DNA of 64,000 nt from an uncultured Planctomycetota bacterium (GTDB lineage Bacteria; Planctomycetota; Planctomycetia; Isosphaerales; Isosphaeraceae), in the NCBI GenBank assembly GCA_963823665.1, contig CAWGMQ010000010.1, forward strand, positions 1,920,001-1,984,000, in the 5' to 3' direction. The notes beneath the pieces were generated by a model. The model was given only the letters and a program-made list of their open reading frames with translations, was not told where the DNA came from and did not search any database. The position numbers and the translations under genes were made by a program. This document shows positions 41,803-52,300 of the stretch, piece after piece (position 1 is the first letter of the stretch; every line of letters begins with the position of its first letter).

Positions 41803-43419
41803 ATGAACGCGCAGACGCAGAATCTGACTCAGGCTCCTTTGACCGATGCACCCGGGCGCAGGGCGCTTCCCGGCGCGTTCGAGCGCCGGCTCGTCAATGC
41901 CGGATTTCGCTTGACGAGTGCGCTCAGGCGTCGCGCACTGGAGCGTGCCGATCCCGTTCGAGCCCAGCAGATCGAACTGCGCCGGCTGTTGAAGAAGGCG
42001 CGAGCGACGAAGTTCGGCCGCGAGCATCGATTCGACAGAATCGATTCGGTGCCGGCGTTCCAGCGCGCGGTCCCGATCCGGACATACGAAGCGCTTTGGA
42101 ATGAGTTCTTGCGCGCAGCTACCCCGTCTTCGAGAACCTCACGTGGCCGGGCGCATTCCCTACATCGCGCTCTCCAGCGGCACGAGCCAGGGTCCGACCA
42201 AGTTCATTCCGGTTTCCTGGGAGATGCTGCGATCGAACCGGCGGGCGAGCCAGCACGATGCTCGCCTGGCACATCGGCTCCCGGCCGGGCTCGCGAGTCT
42301 TCGACGGCCGGATCTGCGTGCTGGGAGGCTCGACGAATCTTGAAAGCGTAGCTCCGGGCGTATTCCAGGGCGACCTGAGCGGAATCGCGGCCGTCGAGGT
42401 GCCGCGGCTGCTAAAGCCCTATGCGTTTCCGCCACTCGAGCTGGCACTCGAATCAGACTGGGACAAGAAGATCTCTCGACTCGCCGAGGCGGCCGTTCAT
42501 GAGCACATCACACTCCTCTCCGGCGTGCCGAGCTGGCTGATCGAGTTCCTGGAGCGCGTGCTCGATCACACCGGCAAGTCCCGGATCGTCGATGTCTGGC
42601 CGCAGCTCGAGCTGATCGTCCACGGCGGCGTGAAGTTTGATCCGTATCGCCAATCATTCCGGTCGCTGGTTGGCTCCGCCGACGTCGTGTTCCAGGAGGT
42701 CTATCCCAGCTCGGAAGGGTTCATCGCCTACGGCGACCCCGCCACGGGCCTGCTTCGACTGGTATTTGACCACGGCATCTTTTTTGAATTCATCCCGGTG
42801 GATGAGCTCGATTCGCCGCACCCTGTCCGGCACTGGCTCGGAACCGCCCAGCCGGGTGTAAATTACGCGATCGTCGTATCAACCTGCGCGGGCATGTGGG
42901 CCCATCTGATCGGCGACACCATTCGCTTCGAGTCGCTTGCCCCTCCGCTCCTCACGTTCACCGGACGCACCGGCAACTGGCTTTCAGCCTTTGGCGAGCA
43001 TCTCATCAACGAGGAGGTCGAGGAAGCAATCGCCCATTCCCTTCTGGTCACCGGGGCAGCCTTGCGCGACTGGCACATCGGGCCGGTGTTCCATTCCGCA
43101 GGAATGGGGCATCACCTCCTCGTTGTCGAGTTCGACGCCGAGCCGCACGATCCCGCCCGGTTCCGTGACGAGTTTGACGGGCAGCTCTGTCGCCGCAACG
43201 CCGACTACCAGGCCCATCGCACCGGCGGCGCAGGGCTGCCGCCCCCGGCGTTGATCATCGCCCGCCGTGGCGCGTTTCGAAGGCTGGATGCGCTCGCGAG
43301 GCAAGCTCGGCGGCCAGCATAAGGTTCCCAGAATGGATAGCGGCGGCGCCTTGACGGGCGAGCTCATTCAGTTCTTGCGCGCGACGGCCAACGTCCGCGT
43401 GGAGCTATCGGAAGTCTGA
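41803..43419 (+). CDS. GH3-family acyl-acid amido synthetase; several frameshifts
   Basis: ATKFGREH.F, ALSSGTSQGPTKFIP, YPSSEG, FFEFIP, LIGDTIRF, FGEH, GQHKVPR across ORFs 41803, 42101, 42258 and a tail ending at TGA 43417-19. Confidence 0.9.
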
Positions 43420-43449
43420 GGCCAGACACCAGCCAGCAATTCAATCCGA

Positions 43450-43704
43450 TCAGGCCGCAGCTCGCTTCTTTTCAACAAGCGCGGCAATCTGGCCGATGGA
43501 ATCGAGGTGCTCGACGCCCGCTTCGTACGCCTCAACCCTGATGTGGAAATGTTCCTCGAGAAAGACCACCAGCTTCAGGGTGCGTATCGAGTCGAGAATG
43601 CCTCCGGTGATGAGCGGTGTGCCCTCCGTGAGCTCACCAGGATCTTCACCGGGAAGGAATTCCTGCAAGATGAAATGATGCACGACCTTCGCCGTTTCTT
43701 CCAT
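43450..43704 (-). CDS. Acyl/peptidyl carrier protein
   Basis: LITGGILDSIRTLKLVVFLEEHF with the phosphopantetheine Ser in LDS; 84 aa, acidic. Confidence 0.9.
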   Translation of the reverse strand: MEETAKVVHHFILQEFLPGEDPGELTEGTPLITGGILDSIRTLKLVVFLEEHFHIRVEAYEAGVEHLDSIGQIAALVEKKRAAA

Positions 43705-44088
43705 GATGGCCTCGAGCCGCTCAAGCACACCGAAGAATTTCGTTCGATCACCATGGCTATCCGGCGCCGCTCAAATCAATCGCGCACCGGATCAACATGG
43801 CTCATTCGCAATGACTTGGCAGGCTACACTTTCACCCGCATCCGGTCAATCTCGAGTTTTTCTCAAGGACACGCCCCCGGCATGTCGAACATGGATCTGG
43901 GAGACTCCCTGCGCAGAGACGGCAATTCACGCCGAACTTGTTGAAACAGAATTAGTTAAGTTGACAGTTCGGCGTCAATCGAGTAGAGAGCAGGAGCACA
44001 GTCTGCTCTGTTCTATCCCGCGCGCCAGACCGCATGGCTCGCAAGTGCCCTTCGCGAGCGCGGCAAGCCCGGGTTTATTCAAGGTGGA

Positions 44089-44826
44089 ATGCTGATGACA
44101 GCAAGGATGGTCATTCACCCTTGCCGCCCTCTCTTACTGGCTGCCGCCCTGGCGCTCGTGGCGTCAGCGGGTTGTCACGGATTCGCTCGCCAGCATGAAG
44201 CCAACAAGATCCCCCAGCTTGGAACGATTGATCCCAGCCAGCCGGCCGAGCTGCGAAAGGTGTCGCAGTCGCCTTACGTGATCGAGCCGCCGGACGAGCT
44301 GGAGATTTCCACCAAGCCGCCTCTGCCGACGTCGATGACAACACCCTTCATCGTTCGCGGCGATGGCTTCGTCGATCTTGGCCTCTTCGGTGAGGCCTTC
44401 GTCTACGGCTTGACGCTGTCGGAAGCCGAGGAACGGATCGCCGTCCAGTTGAACGACGCGGCCCGAAGACTGACTCCAGAGGTGAAGGACAAGTACCAGG
44501 TTGCGGTGCGCCTGGCGAACAATCAAAGCAAGTACTATTACGTGCTGGGAACGGTGGGCAACCCCGGCCGATTCAAGTCGGGCGGCAACGACACCGTTCT
44601 GGACGCCATCTTGCAAGCCGGCTTGAAACCGAACAGCCTCCCCGAAAAGGCCTACCTCGTGCGCCCGCATCCCCCCGGCGGCGAGGACCAGGTCTACAAG
44701 GTTGATTGGGTCGGCATCAAAGACCGCGGCGACACCCTGACAAACTACCAGCTTTTCCCGGGCGACCGAGTGGTCGTTCCAGGCACCAAGCCGCCGGGGT
44801 TGATCCGTAGCTTGCTCGGCAACTGA
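44089..44826 (+). CDS. Polysaccharide export (Wza/Poly_export-SLBB) lipoprotein
   Basis: Lipobox SAGC; YVIEPPDEL, VRGDGFVDLG, YYVLG.V..PG, TVLDAI, TNYQLFPGDRV. Confidence 0.9.
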   Translation: MLMTARMVIHPCRPLLLAAALALVASAGCHGFARQHEANKIPQLGTIDPSQPAELRKVSQSPYVIEPPDELEISTKPPLPTSMTTPFIVRGDGFVDLGLFGEAFVYGLTLSEAEERIAVQLNDAARRLTPEVKDKYQVAVRLANNQSKYYYVLGTVGNPGRFKSGGNDTVLDAILQAGLKPNSLPEKAYLVRPHPPGGEDQVYKVDWVGIKDRGDTLTNYQLFPGDRVVVPGTKPPGLIRSLLGN

Positions 44827-45113
44827 ACGCACCAATTTCCCTCCCCCCTTGTTCGTGCCCACTCCGATTGATATTCTAAGTAAATAAACAACCTTTTACC
44901 TCGTCTCTCGACTCAACCGCCAAGGCGCGGCAGGTTCGCACATGGACTTGTCTCGCCGGAACTCCCCTCGCAGCATCGAGGTGACACACGGATCGCGCGC
45001 ACGGCTTGCAACTCCCTGGCGATGGACTGGCACGGCAACGAATCAGATCGACTGTTCGGCACAGCGTTTTGACTGGCGCGCGGTCACTCCGGTCGCCGCG
45101 GAGGAGCGCCATC

Positions 45114-46571
45114 ATGACTGGAGGGAACCAGGCGTTTAGCGCAACAAACGCGGTCCTTCTCGGGCTGGTCCTGGTCTGTTCCGGTACGGGCTTCACGGCA
45201 ACGGCGCTGGGCCAGCAGCCGGCTCTCGGAAAGGCGACCTCCCCGTCCGAAACGGCTGCCAGCAACGAGAGGACAGCACCCGCGCAGAGGACCGCGCCGG
45301 TGGTTAAGGACGCTCCAACCTACACGAAGGATATCGCCGCGATCCTCCAGGCGAAGTGCCAGAGCTGCCATCGCCGCCACCAGGTTGGGCCGTTCGCACT
45401 CGAGACGTACGAGCAGGCGCGCAAGCGTTCCCATGATATCGCCGCAGTGACCGAAGAGCGTTCGATGCCGCCGTGGAAGCCTACCCGCGGGTTCGGCCCG
45501 AAGCTCAAGCACGACCAGTCGCTGACCTCCAAGGAGATCAGCGTTCTTGCTGCCTGGGCGGAGGCAGGTTCCCCACACGGAGACCCCAAAGATCTTCCGC
45601 CGCCACGCACGTTCGCCGAGGGCTGGAAGCTCGGGCCTCCGGACTTGATCCTCGAGCCAGGCGAAGACTTCGCCGTGGCAGCGTCCGGGCCCGATGTCTA
45701 CCGGTGCTTCGTTTTGCCGACCAACCTCGCGAAGGACTGTTACGTCGAAGCCGTCGACTACGCCCCAACCGCACGAAGCACCGTCCATCATCTCATCGCC
45801 TACATCGATACCCTGGGGCGGGGGCGCATGCTCGACGAGGATTCCCCGGGGTCCGGCTATGCCGCACAGAATGGCCCTGGGTTTGAAGCCGACGAATTGA
45901 GCTTCTGGACCGCCGGCCTCGAGCCCCATCGCCTGCCGGAGGGCGTCGGAATCCGCCTGCCCGCCCAGGCCGACATCGTCGTTCAGGTCCACTATCATTC
46001 CGACGGCAAGGCCAGGACCGACCGCACACGCGTCGGCCTGTACCTCTCGCGCAAGCCCGTCAAGCAAGCTCTGCACTGGAACAACGCCTCGAGCTATGAC
46101 TTCAAGATCCCCGCCGGCCAGAACAATGTCGAGGTCAAGGCGAGCTGGATGATCCCGGTCGCCGTCCAGGCGGTCGCCGTCTCGCCCCACATGCACCTTC
46201 TCGGCCACGACATGCACATGTCCGTCCGCTTGCCCAGCGGGCGAGTCGAAAACCTGATCCATATCGCCAACTGGGATCCCTCCTGGCAGAGCGCTTACTA
46301 CTTCCAGACGCCGATCACGATACCTGCCGGGTCAATCCTCAACGTCGTCGCGCACTTCGACAACTCAGCCCATTCACGAAACCCCAACCGGCCTCCCAAG
46401 ATGGTCAAGGTCGGCCAGAAATTCGACGACGAGATGTGCGTCGGCTACATTGCCGTCGTGAAAAAAGACCAGGATTTGACCAACCCAGGCGCCCGCGACG
46501 ACCTGTTCGAGATCTTCTCAAAGCAGCGCGAGCGGTTGATTCGCCAGCAAATGGGCAAGAAAAAGCGCTGA
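45114..46571 (+). CDS. Secreted heme c + copper type II (ascorbate-dependent, PHM/DBM-like) monooxygenase
   Basis: CQSCH; HH (TVHHLI), QVHYH, PHMH, DEMC; GAGGAG RBS. Confidence 0.85.
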   Translation: MTGGNQAFSATNAVLLGLVLVCSGTGFTATALGQQPALGKATSPSETAASNERTAPAQRTAPVVKDAPTYTKDIAAILQAKCQSCHRRHQVGPFALETYEQARKRSHDIAAVTEERSMPPWKPTRGFGPKLKHDQSLTSKEISVLAAWAEAGSPHGDPKDLPPPRTFAEGWKLGPPDLILEPGEDFAVAASGPDVYRCFVLPTNLAKDCYVEAVDYAPTARSTVHHLIAYIDTLGRGRMLDEDSPGSGYAAQNGPGFEADELSFWTAGLEPHRLPEGVGIRLPAQADIVVQVHYHSDGKARTDRTRVGLYLSRKPVKQALHWNNASSYDFKIPAGQNNVEVKASWMIPVAVQAVAVSPHMHLLGHDMHMSVRLPSGRVENLIHIANWDPSWQSAYYFQTPITIPAGSILNVVAHFDNSAHSRNPNRPPKMVKVGQKFDDEMCVGYIAVVKKDQDLTNPGARDDLFEIFSKQRERLIRQQMGKKKR

Positions 46572-46736
46572 ACAGGTCCCACATCTTTCGAGCCTGACGT
46601 CACTTCCGTCCTCCGTCTGCCGTCCTTCGCACAGCTTCCTCCAAAATGAATGGAACGATCCGGTCTCCCCATCCCATGATACTTATGAGCCCCGGATTGA
46701 GCGGGGCGGAGAGCGTATCAGGGCGGGAGAACGATC

Positions 46737-48706
46737 GTGACCGTCAGTCAATCCACAGCGGCGCAGCGATTCCTCCGCGTTCTCTTCGATGCCGGGGCCG
46801 CGGGCGGGCTGACCGATGCGGAGTTGCTCGAGCGATTCCTGGCAAGAGATCCCGGCACCGCCGAGCTGGCCTTCGCCGTGCTTGTCGAGCGCCATGGCCC
46901 GCTCGTCCAGCGCGTTTGCCGTGGTGTCCTGCGCGATCAGCACCTCGCCGAGGATGCATTTCAGTCGACGTTTCTCGTACTCGTGCAGAAAGCTTCGTCG
47001 CTTCGGGTCGAGAAGACGCTCGCGCCCTGGCTGCACTCCGTGGCTATTCGCGTCTCCCGCGACGCCCGCGCAACGGCTGCGCGCCGCGCGAAGCACGAGC
47101 GCAAGGCCGCCGAGCTCGCGACCGAATCGCGGTTGACCGAGACCGATCCCCGCGAGAACCTGGAGCGGCAGCTCCAGGATGAGCTGGCAAAGCTGGCGGA
47201 ACGCCATCGCCGGCCGATCGTGCTCTGCGACCTCCAGGGCTTGACCCACGAGCAAGCCGCCAGGTTGCTGGGCACGCCCGTGGGCACGATCAAGAGCCGG
47301 CTCGCCCGCGGACGCGAGCACCTTCGCAGTCGCCTGGCCCGCCGCGGCCTGGTGCACTCAGGCAGTGCCATGCCCGCGATTCTCGCGTTCGACGCCTTCA
47401 AACCTGAACTCCCGACCGTGCTCGTCGATCGTACGGCCCGCCTCGCCTTGCTGGCCGCACAGCACGAGGCTTTGACCGCCGCGGCAATTCCGTCATCAGT
47501 CGCAATCCTCGCGCAGGGAGCCCTCAAATCCATGTCGATTTCCAGATTGAAGATCGCCGCAGCGGCGGTTCTGATCGCAGCCTCCTTTGTAATTGGCATC
47601 GGCTATACCGCCAGTGCCTTACTCGCGCAGGATGGGCCGGCGCGAAAGCCCGCCCCCCGGCCGCCCTCTCGGCCGCTGGATTCCGTCGTCCAGGACCTAT
47701 TCGAATCGGCGGGCCTCGTTCGTTCCGTCGCGTTCACCGGCGACGGCAAGTTCCTGATCGCCTCCACCACGGGGCGGGATAATGACAAGGACGAAGGTGC
47801 GATCCATCTCTGGGATATCAAGGGCGCGACGACCCTCCCGTCGATCCCCCTCGATGGCGACCCGTTCGCGATGGCCGTTGCGCCGGACGGCCAGAGCCTT
47901 GCCGTGGCCGTCGCGCGCAACCCAAAGGCAGCACGCACCATGTATATCCGCGTCGTCAGCGTGCCTTCAGGAAGGACGACGAGCACCTGGACGCTCAAAC
48001 AAGGCGTCGACGTCTGGGCACTGGCCTTCACACCCGATGGAAAGGCCCTCGCCGGCGGAATCGGCGGGCTGCGAGACTCGATCTTCTATGGCGAAATCGA
48101 CGTCTGGAACTTAAAGACGGGCCAGGAAATCCGATCGTTCAAAGGCCATCCCAATCCCGTCATGTCGCTCGCGTTCTCTCACAACGGCCACGTGCTCGCC
48201 AGTGCCAGCGGCACCTACGGCGCCCCGACCGGGGGAGTGCGCCTCTGGGAATTCGAATCCGGCCGGTTGCTGCACACGCTGGTCGAGCCCGATCTCGCGA
48301 TTGTCACGGTTGCGTTCTCGCCCGATGACAAAACCATCGCCAGCGGCGGAACAAGCTGGCGTGAATCGGGAGCCACCGGCGGGTTGGTCACGCTCTGGGA
48401 TGTGCAGACCGGCAAAAAACGGCTCGCACTCCCGGCATTCCCCTCCTACGTTCACGCGGTGTCGTTTGCTCCTACCGGCGCCCGCCTCGCCACCGCCAGC
48501 GTCTCGTCGGATAACGATGCCAAGGTGACGATCTGGAACAGCGACACCGGCACCCAGCTTCAGACGCTGCCGCCAGGCAAAACGGCGCCGGAATCATCGC
48601 CGTGAAATGCCTGGCAATCTCACTCGACGGCCGGACCTTGGCCGCCGGCGGTGCCTCGGGAATGCTCCGGCTCTGGTCGGTCCCTCCAGCGATTGGCGCA
48701 CCTTAG
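46737..48706 (+). CDS. ECF sigma factor fused to a TM helix and WD40 repeats; frameshift near 48590
   Basis: GLTDAELLERF, LVERHGPLV, AEDAFQSTF, VGTIKSRLARGR; WD40 units (FTPDGK, GHPNPVMSLAFS); the last blade ends at TAG 48704-06 in the shifted frame. Confidence 0.9.
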
Positions 48707-49320
48707 AAAGGCATTCCGCGCGTCCTGGCGATGGCCTCTCGGTACTCCTTCGTGAAGACCTTTCCGCTCGGAGGGCTGATCAGCACGGTCAGCACGACGC
48801 CGCACAGCCCGCCCGTGAGAACCATCACCGCGATATCTCCTATGGTCGGTTTGGCGAGGCCTATGATCTGTCCATAGGCCGTAAAGCACACTCCAAATAA
48901 GACAAGCACATCCAGTCCGACCATGGTCCAGCGCGCCCACGATTGCAGCGACCGCAGCCCGATGAAGAGGGCAATCCAGAAGCTCAACAGGCACACGTTG
49001 GCTAGCGCGACGAGCCCCATAACGCCGCCAAAGGGCGCCGGCGGCGGCAGATCGAACGATGGAGCAATGTCGGCGTTCATCGCGCGAAGCCCAATGAGCA
49101 AGACAACGATCAGTGATCCCGCGGTCGGAAACACCCAGATGATCGCACAAACCAGATTGATCCACGCGACTCGCCTGATGGCCTTCTCGCGACCAAGATA
49201 TGCCAGCCGAAGTGCTCGCGCGCTCTCGTCCGAAAGTTCGCTGCTCGTGAGTCTAGCTGCGGGCGGAGCGTATGGATTCTCGCGCGACTCGATCTCGGCG
49301 CTCTCCGGGTCGGATGTCAT
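48703..49320 (-). CDS. Four-TM membrane protein with an N-terminal ENPYAPP motif
   Basis: ENPYAPP; hydrophobic helices; LRSLQSWARW, VFTKEYREAIART. Confidence 0.8.
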   Translation of the reverse strand: MTSDPESAEIESRENPYAPPAARLTSSELSDESARALRLAYLGREKAIRRVAWINLVCAIIWVFPTAGSLIVVLLIGLRAMNADIAPSFDLPPPAPFGGVMGLVALANVCLLSFWIALFIGLRSLQSWARWTMVGLDVLVLFGVCFTAYGQIIGLAKPTIGDIAVMVLTGGLCGVVLTVLISPPSGKVFTKEYREAIARTRGMPF

Positions 49321-52300
49321 TCTTGTTTCCGTCGTAAAGTTCGCACAGGAACTCGTATCGTCGCACCTTGCAAATGGCTCGTGCGCAGCTTGATGAAGTG
49401 TTCGCGCTTAGCGGCCACGGCCTCGATTGTGCGCCGATCACGCTTGGCTTTCAACTGATCAACCGCCAGCGCCGTCACGACGGGGTCATCCTGCACACCC
49501 GGCGCCGCCGGCGCCGAAACGAGTGATAGGCTGGCCAGCTTCACGACGGGCGTCGAAACCGCCGGCGCCGTGGCTTTCGTCACTGTCACGTCGTTAGAAA
49601 AAGCCGACGTGTTGTTCGCTGGGCTCGTCGCCGTCGCACTCACCACTTCACCCGTGGCAAGCGCAGGCTTGACCGTGAAGCTGATGCTGGCCACTCCACC
49701 GCCGTTGGCCGTCACCGTCTCGGTCCCCAGATAAGTCTGGCCCTGTCCAAAGCCCGACGGATCGGCGGCCGGGTTGGCGAAAAACTGAATCTCGTAGGTC
49801 GCGTTGGGCGAAGCGGTGAGCGTCCCCTGCACGACGGTGCTCGAGCCGCTGCTCACCGCCGAGGTGAGCACCGGCGCAACCTGAAGCGCATTCCCGTTCC
49901 CGGAGAGCACGATGCCTTGATTGCTGTTGGCGAAGATCGAGTTGGTCAGAATCGGGTTGCTGACCGCACTGGCGGTGACTGAGACCCCGGTCCCGCCGTT
50001 ATAGGCGATGATGTTGCCGTCCTTTGCCGCCGAGCCGCCGATGGTGTTGCTGACCGCATTGTCCTGGATGTGAACACCGTCCGAGCCATTGCCCAGCGGC
50101 TGTTTGCCGGTTGCGTCGGTGCCGATGTCATTCCCCTCGACCAGAATGCCTTCGGAGCTGCGCTCGATGACCAGCCCATACTGGTTGTTCCCGGAGATCA
50201 CGTTCGCCGAGGCGGCCGTCGTGCCGCCGACGACATCTCCCAGGGTTCCCAGCTCGATTCCATCCTGATTGTTAGCCAAGGCGACAGTGCCGCTGCTATC
50301 GGTGCCGATGTCAGTTGCCTTCGATCGTGTTGAAACCGACCGAGCCCGAATAGACGCCGTCCGAGATGCCGTCCCGTCCGTTGCCCGAGATGACGTTGCC
50401 GTCGCCCGCGGCCGTCCCGCCGACGGTGTTGTCCGCGCCGCTCAAGAGCACGCCGTCATACTGATTGCCGATGGCCTTGAAACCGCGGGCGTCGGTGCCG
50501 ATGTAATTCCCTTCGATGGCAACGCCCATGGCCGAGTTCTGGAGGTAGACGCCGGCCTGGTTGCCCGAGATGACGTTGGCATCGGCCGGCTTTCGGTCCG
50601 CCGATCAAAGTGCCATAGCCGAAGTCAACCTCGACGCCGTTGTTGCTGTTGCCCAGGGCCAGGATGCCCGTCGGCATTGACGCCGATCATGTTTCCCTGG
50701 ATGACGGTGGAGAGCGAGCCGGGTCCGTTGTCGGAAGAGGAGACCTGGATGCCGTCGTTGCCGTTGCCCGAGATCAGGTTGCCTGCTCCGGAAGCACTGC
50801 CGCCAATCGTGTTCTGGGGCGCGTCGTAGAGGACCACGCCGCCGCCATTGTTGCCCAGGCGGTTGTTGCCGGTGATGTCGGTGCCGATGTAGTTGCCCTC
50901 GACGAGGTTGCCGGAAGCCCCGTCGTCGAGCAGTACGCCCTGGTTGTTGTTGCCCGAGATCACATTCCGCAAGGCGGCCTTGGTGCCGCCGATCGACGTT
51001 GCCCGAGGTCTGGACCTCGATGCCGATCTGATTGTTGTAGCCGCTCGCGGTACCCGTTGGGTTGGTGCCCAGGAAATTGCCGGTGATCGTGTTGGCCCCA
51101 GCGCCCGAAATCAAAATGCCGTCATTGAAGTGCGTGATCGAGAGTCCCTCGACCGTGCTGCCGCCTCCCTCGAGGACCAGCCCGCTCGGCCCCTCCGGAG
51201 CTCGAGCCGTCAATCTGGATCTCGATGATCGCGTTGTCGCCGGTCGAAAGCGAGTTGGTGTGGGCGCCGGGCTGGCTGTAACCGTTGATGATCGTGGCGT
51301 GCGTGACCGGCGGCAGCGCCGAGGCCGGCGAGATGACGAATGGCCCGGTGCCGGGGATCTTGAAGTCAATCGTGTCTGGCCCCGGGCTGTTCGAGCTGTC
51401 CGCGATCCAGGATCGCCTGCGCGCAGCGATCCGGGCCCGCTGTCGTTCGTGTTCGTCACGTACGAGCGTCTTGGGGTTGACCGAGATCGTGACCGTGGCG
51501 ACGTTCGAGGTCTGCCCGTCGAGCTGGTCGTCATAGGTAAACGAGTCAGTGCCCGTATAGTTCTTCGCGGGAACATAGGTAAACGAGCCATCGGCATTGA
51601 ACGTCAGAGTGCCGTGCGACGTCGTCGAAACCAGCACCGAGGTGAACGGGCCCCGAGTAGACCGAGAAATCGTTGGCCTGAACGCCCGGCGCGGCAACGG
51701 CGAGCGTGGTGTTCACGTCGGTGTTGTAGCTGTCGTTGACCGCCACGAGCGGAGCATCCTGCCCGACGGCCGCGAAGTCTTGCGAGAACTCCGAGGTATC
51801 ACCCGAGGAGTCCGTCGCCGTCGCCGAGATGGCATCTCCCGGATTGACCGCCACGCTCGAATGAGCGGTGAAACTGGCATTGCCGATGGCGTCCGTCGTC
51901 ACGGTCGTGGTGCCAAGCAGCGTCTCTCCCTGGCCGTACCCTGGAAGGTCGGCCGTCGGGTTGTCAAAAAACTGAAGAGTGAACGTCGTGTTCGGTGCGC
52001 TGTTGAGCGTGCCCGTCACCACCGTCCCCACGCCGCTGATGGTATAGACCTCTGTGAGAACCGGGTAATTCTGAAGGTCGTTCGGGCCCTGGAAGGGGCC
52101 GCCGGGCATGTTCTGGTTGGGCGTGGAGTTGAAGCCGAGGTTGATACCCAGCATCCGCGTTGTTATAGATGGAATTCGAGAGGATCTCGTTGCCGGGGCA
52201 GTCGTCGGAATCGTCCACGCCGATGTTGACGCCGGGCCGGGTCTGGTTGTTGGCGATGACGTTGGCCGCTCCGGCGGCAGTGCCGCCGATGGTGTTGTAC

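Noticed and set aside
45028..45045. Sigma-54 promoter (TGGCAC) upstream of the monooxygenase
   Set aside because: The -12 TTGC element is missing at the required spacing
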